Shown here piece after piece: positions 40,898 through 42,794 of a DNA stretch of 42,794 nt. Numbering within the stretch: position 1 is the first letter of the stretch; every line of letters begins with the position of its first letter. This stretch comes from Candidatus Solibacter sp. (GTDB taxonomy: Bacteria; Acidobacteriota; Terriglobia; Bryobacterales; Bryobacteraceae), in NCBI GenBank assembly GCA_039932635.1, contig JBDTPR010000001.1, positions 1 to 42,794 on the forward strand, read 5' to 3'. The position numbers were made by a program, and so were the translations under genes. The notes beneath the pieces were generated by a model. It did no database searches. It was not told the DNA's origin and saw only the letters and a list, made by a program, of their open reading frames with translations.

Positions 40898-42794
40898 ACA
40901 GCCGCCTCTTTATCAACCGATAGGTGTTGATTACCCAGTAAGGACTCGGCCAATGCCAGCAACAGCACTGCCAGCATGACATACCACCATAATGACACCG
41001 GTTTCTGTTCCTCGCCGGTGGTGTTGCTCCCCGTGACCGTTCCCTGTGCTGTGTTTTGCCACAAACTCAGGTTGTCGTTCGTGACCGGTGTGAGATCGCT
41101 CTCGTGCCGGTCGGCATTCACGGCCACCAGTTCGTTGCGCCCGTTGGGCCGGCGGATATCGTAGAAACCCGCCATCGTGTACTGAATGTTCTGGGCCTTC
41201 GTAGCCTCTTCCAGGGAAAGTGCGCGTTCGCCCTTGGGGTCCAGCACATCCACGGCGGCGCCCTTTTCCTTGGAATCGCGCAGTTCGCCGAAGCCGCCGA
41301 CCAGCACCATAGCCGGTCCCGCGTCGAGGTGTCCGAGATAACGCGCCGTCTGCTCGATGAATGGGACGAAGGACGGATGAATCGGGAAATCGTTAGCTAC
41401 GTTGTCGAACGTGGAGCCGAAGATCAGCACGTGGCCTTCGCCAAGTTGTTGATCGATCAGAACCGGGGTCTGGTCGCTCAGCTTGGCGACGACCCGTGCG
41501 TTGCCCGGAGCCACGTGGATCGCCTGATAGAACTTGACGCCTTCCCAACGGTCGTCCTTAAGAATCGAAGGGTGCGAAGCATCCAGCCATGCGGCAGTTT
41601 GAAAACGCTCGCCCTCGCGGCCGGCGTAACGGGTTTCCGTAATCGCGTCGCCTGTGACGGGGACTTTACTGCGGCCCACCGAAAGGCTGCCGAGCGAGAT
41701 CAAAACGCTGCCGCCGGCGCGCACGTAATCGCGCAGGGCACTCTCGAAAGTGGGCGGTACGGCGCCGATGTTGCTAAGGACGACGAACGCGTACTTATTG
41801 GGCGCCACGTTGGCCACCTGGTCCACGGTGGCCTGATCGATCTCGAAGGCGGATTGTCCGGCGGCTTCGAGTGCGGCTTTGAAGAAGACGAGTGCGCGGC
41901 TGCCGGTGTTTTCCTGTACGAAGAGCGCGTGGCGGGGATCGCTGCGCTCCACGGAGAAGTAGAAGCTGTCGTCGGCCGGAAGGGGGTCGGCGGTATCGAT
42001 CCGCACTTCGCCCTTATTGCGGCCGTACGGCACGTCGAGAGAGAGGAATTCGACCGTGGCGCGTCCGTTCTCAGGAACTTCGACCTGCTTGGATTCGGTG
42101 ACGCGGCCGTTCAGGCTGAGCGACACGGTGCGCGTGGCCTTTTTGTTGGCAAAGCCGGCCACCGTGACCAGCACACGGGTCTTCTTGGCGTCGTATACGC
42201 GGCGCGGCGCGACCACGTTTTCCACCGTGAAGTTGCCGGTCTCCTTGGCTTCGATCGGGTGTGGATTGAGTTTGATGGCGTTGCTGAGGCGGATGTCGTT
42301 GAAGTTCGCCGGCCAACCGGTCGCCTGCATGTCGGAGTAGAGTTCGACGGCCAGCGGGAGTTTGAGGGACGTGGCGATGGAGCGCACGGAGCGCGAAAGT
42401 TCGCCGTAGGACGTGCGGGCATCGCCGGCCTCGATGGAATCCACCGCGGCGTTGAGCGAATTGTGATCGTCGGTGACCTCGCTGAGGACCGCCACGCGGG
42501 AGCCGAAGGCGAGCACCTGCGCGCGCTGTCCCACGCGCAATCCGCCGATCACGGCTTTGGCCGCCGTCTTGGCCTGCGAGAGGCGAGTGCCGGTGCGCAT
42601 GCTCAGCGAATTATCGATGGCTAGTACGGTGACTTCGCCGCTCCGCTGGGAGGCCACGATATTCTGGCGCACGTAGGGGTGGGCGAAGGCAAGAACGAGG
42701 AGCAATACCAGCAGGGCGCGCGCCGCGAATAGCAGCAGATAGCGCAGGCGGCGGTGCTTGATGGAACTCTGCGTCCGCTTCTCGAAAAACATCA
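40894..42794 (-). CDS. BatA-N/vWA domain protein (5' end truncated by the window edge)
   Basis: The ORF is open to the window end. The first residues, MFFEKRTQSS...RRLRYLLLFAARALLVLLLVLAFAHPY, match the segment after the first TM helix of BatA-N (TIGR02226-type) proteins ('FSSLMF...'), so the true start is probably outside the window. A vWA MIDAS motif is present (VTVLAIDNSLSMRTG), followed by a long C-terminal region and a C-terminal TM helix (WWYVMLAVLLLALAESLL). Confidence 0.85.

Overview
The window is GC-rich and densely coding, with no rRNA, tRNA, CRISPR array or recognisable transposase/integrase. All family calls come from motifs I recognise in the translations; no homology search was run. 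The gene content (many PSCyt/DUF1553+DUF1501 and DUF1592+DUF1552 pairs, a Bat/vWA cluster, many Tat-type signal peptides) suggests an Acidobacteriota-like (Solibacter/Bryobacter-type) or Planctomycetota-like chromosome; this is inference.

Gene order:
- 1-4304: a divergent transglutaminase / circularly permuted ATP-grasp+alpha-E / transglutaminase module.
- 4462-6798: a secreted metallophosphoesterase and an MFS transporter.
- 6800-7580: a lower-GC spacer with small ORFs.
- 7583-10146: a two-subunit 2Fe-2S / molybdopterin oxidoreductase.
- 10226-15634: a DUF1592-type haem-motif giant, DUF1552 and a secreted DinB protein.
- 15748-17118: a hypothetical protein and a VOC-fold protein.
- 17215-21456: a minus-strand hmgA-X-fahA-aldo/keto reductase operon.
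- 21500-26118: a GH127-like glycosidase, an S9 peptidase and a small hypothetical protein.
- 26121-30274: a degenerate nucleotidyltransferase plus a 1102-aa GHMP-kinase-like/UDPGP-like fusion.
- 30359-34355: a PSCyt/DUF1553 plus DUF1501 pair.
- 34538-36783: a pseudo-receiver and a sulfite/nitrite reductase.
- 36908-42794: a 1329-aa membrane protein with two long (Gly-Gln-Gln)n arrays, translationally coupled to a truncated BatA/vWA protein.

Best candidates for undescribed biology:
- The unknown 261-aa gene wedged by ATGA overlaps between hmgA and fahA, where a maleylacetoacetate isomerase would be expected.
- The reversed-order FKP-like kinase/pyrophosphorylase fusion and its degenerate nucleotidyltransferase partner.
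- The collagen-periodic GQQ arrays.
- The ATP-grasp/alpha-E/transglutaminase module.
- The two haem-motif giant plus Tat-exported partner modules.

None of these is proven from sequence alone. Most other long ORFs in the track are antisense shadow frames typical of high-GC DNA.
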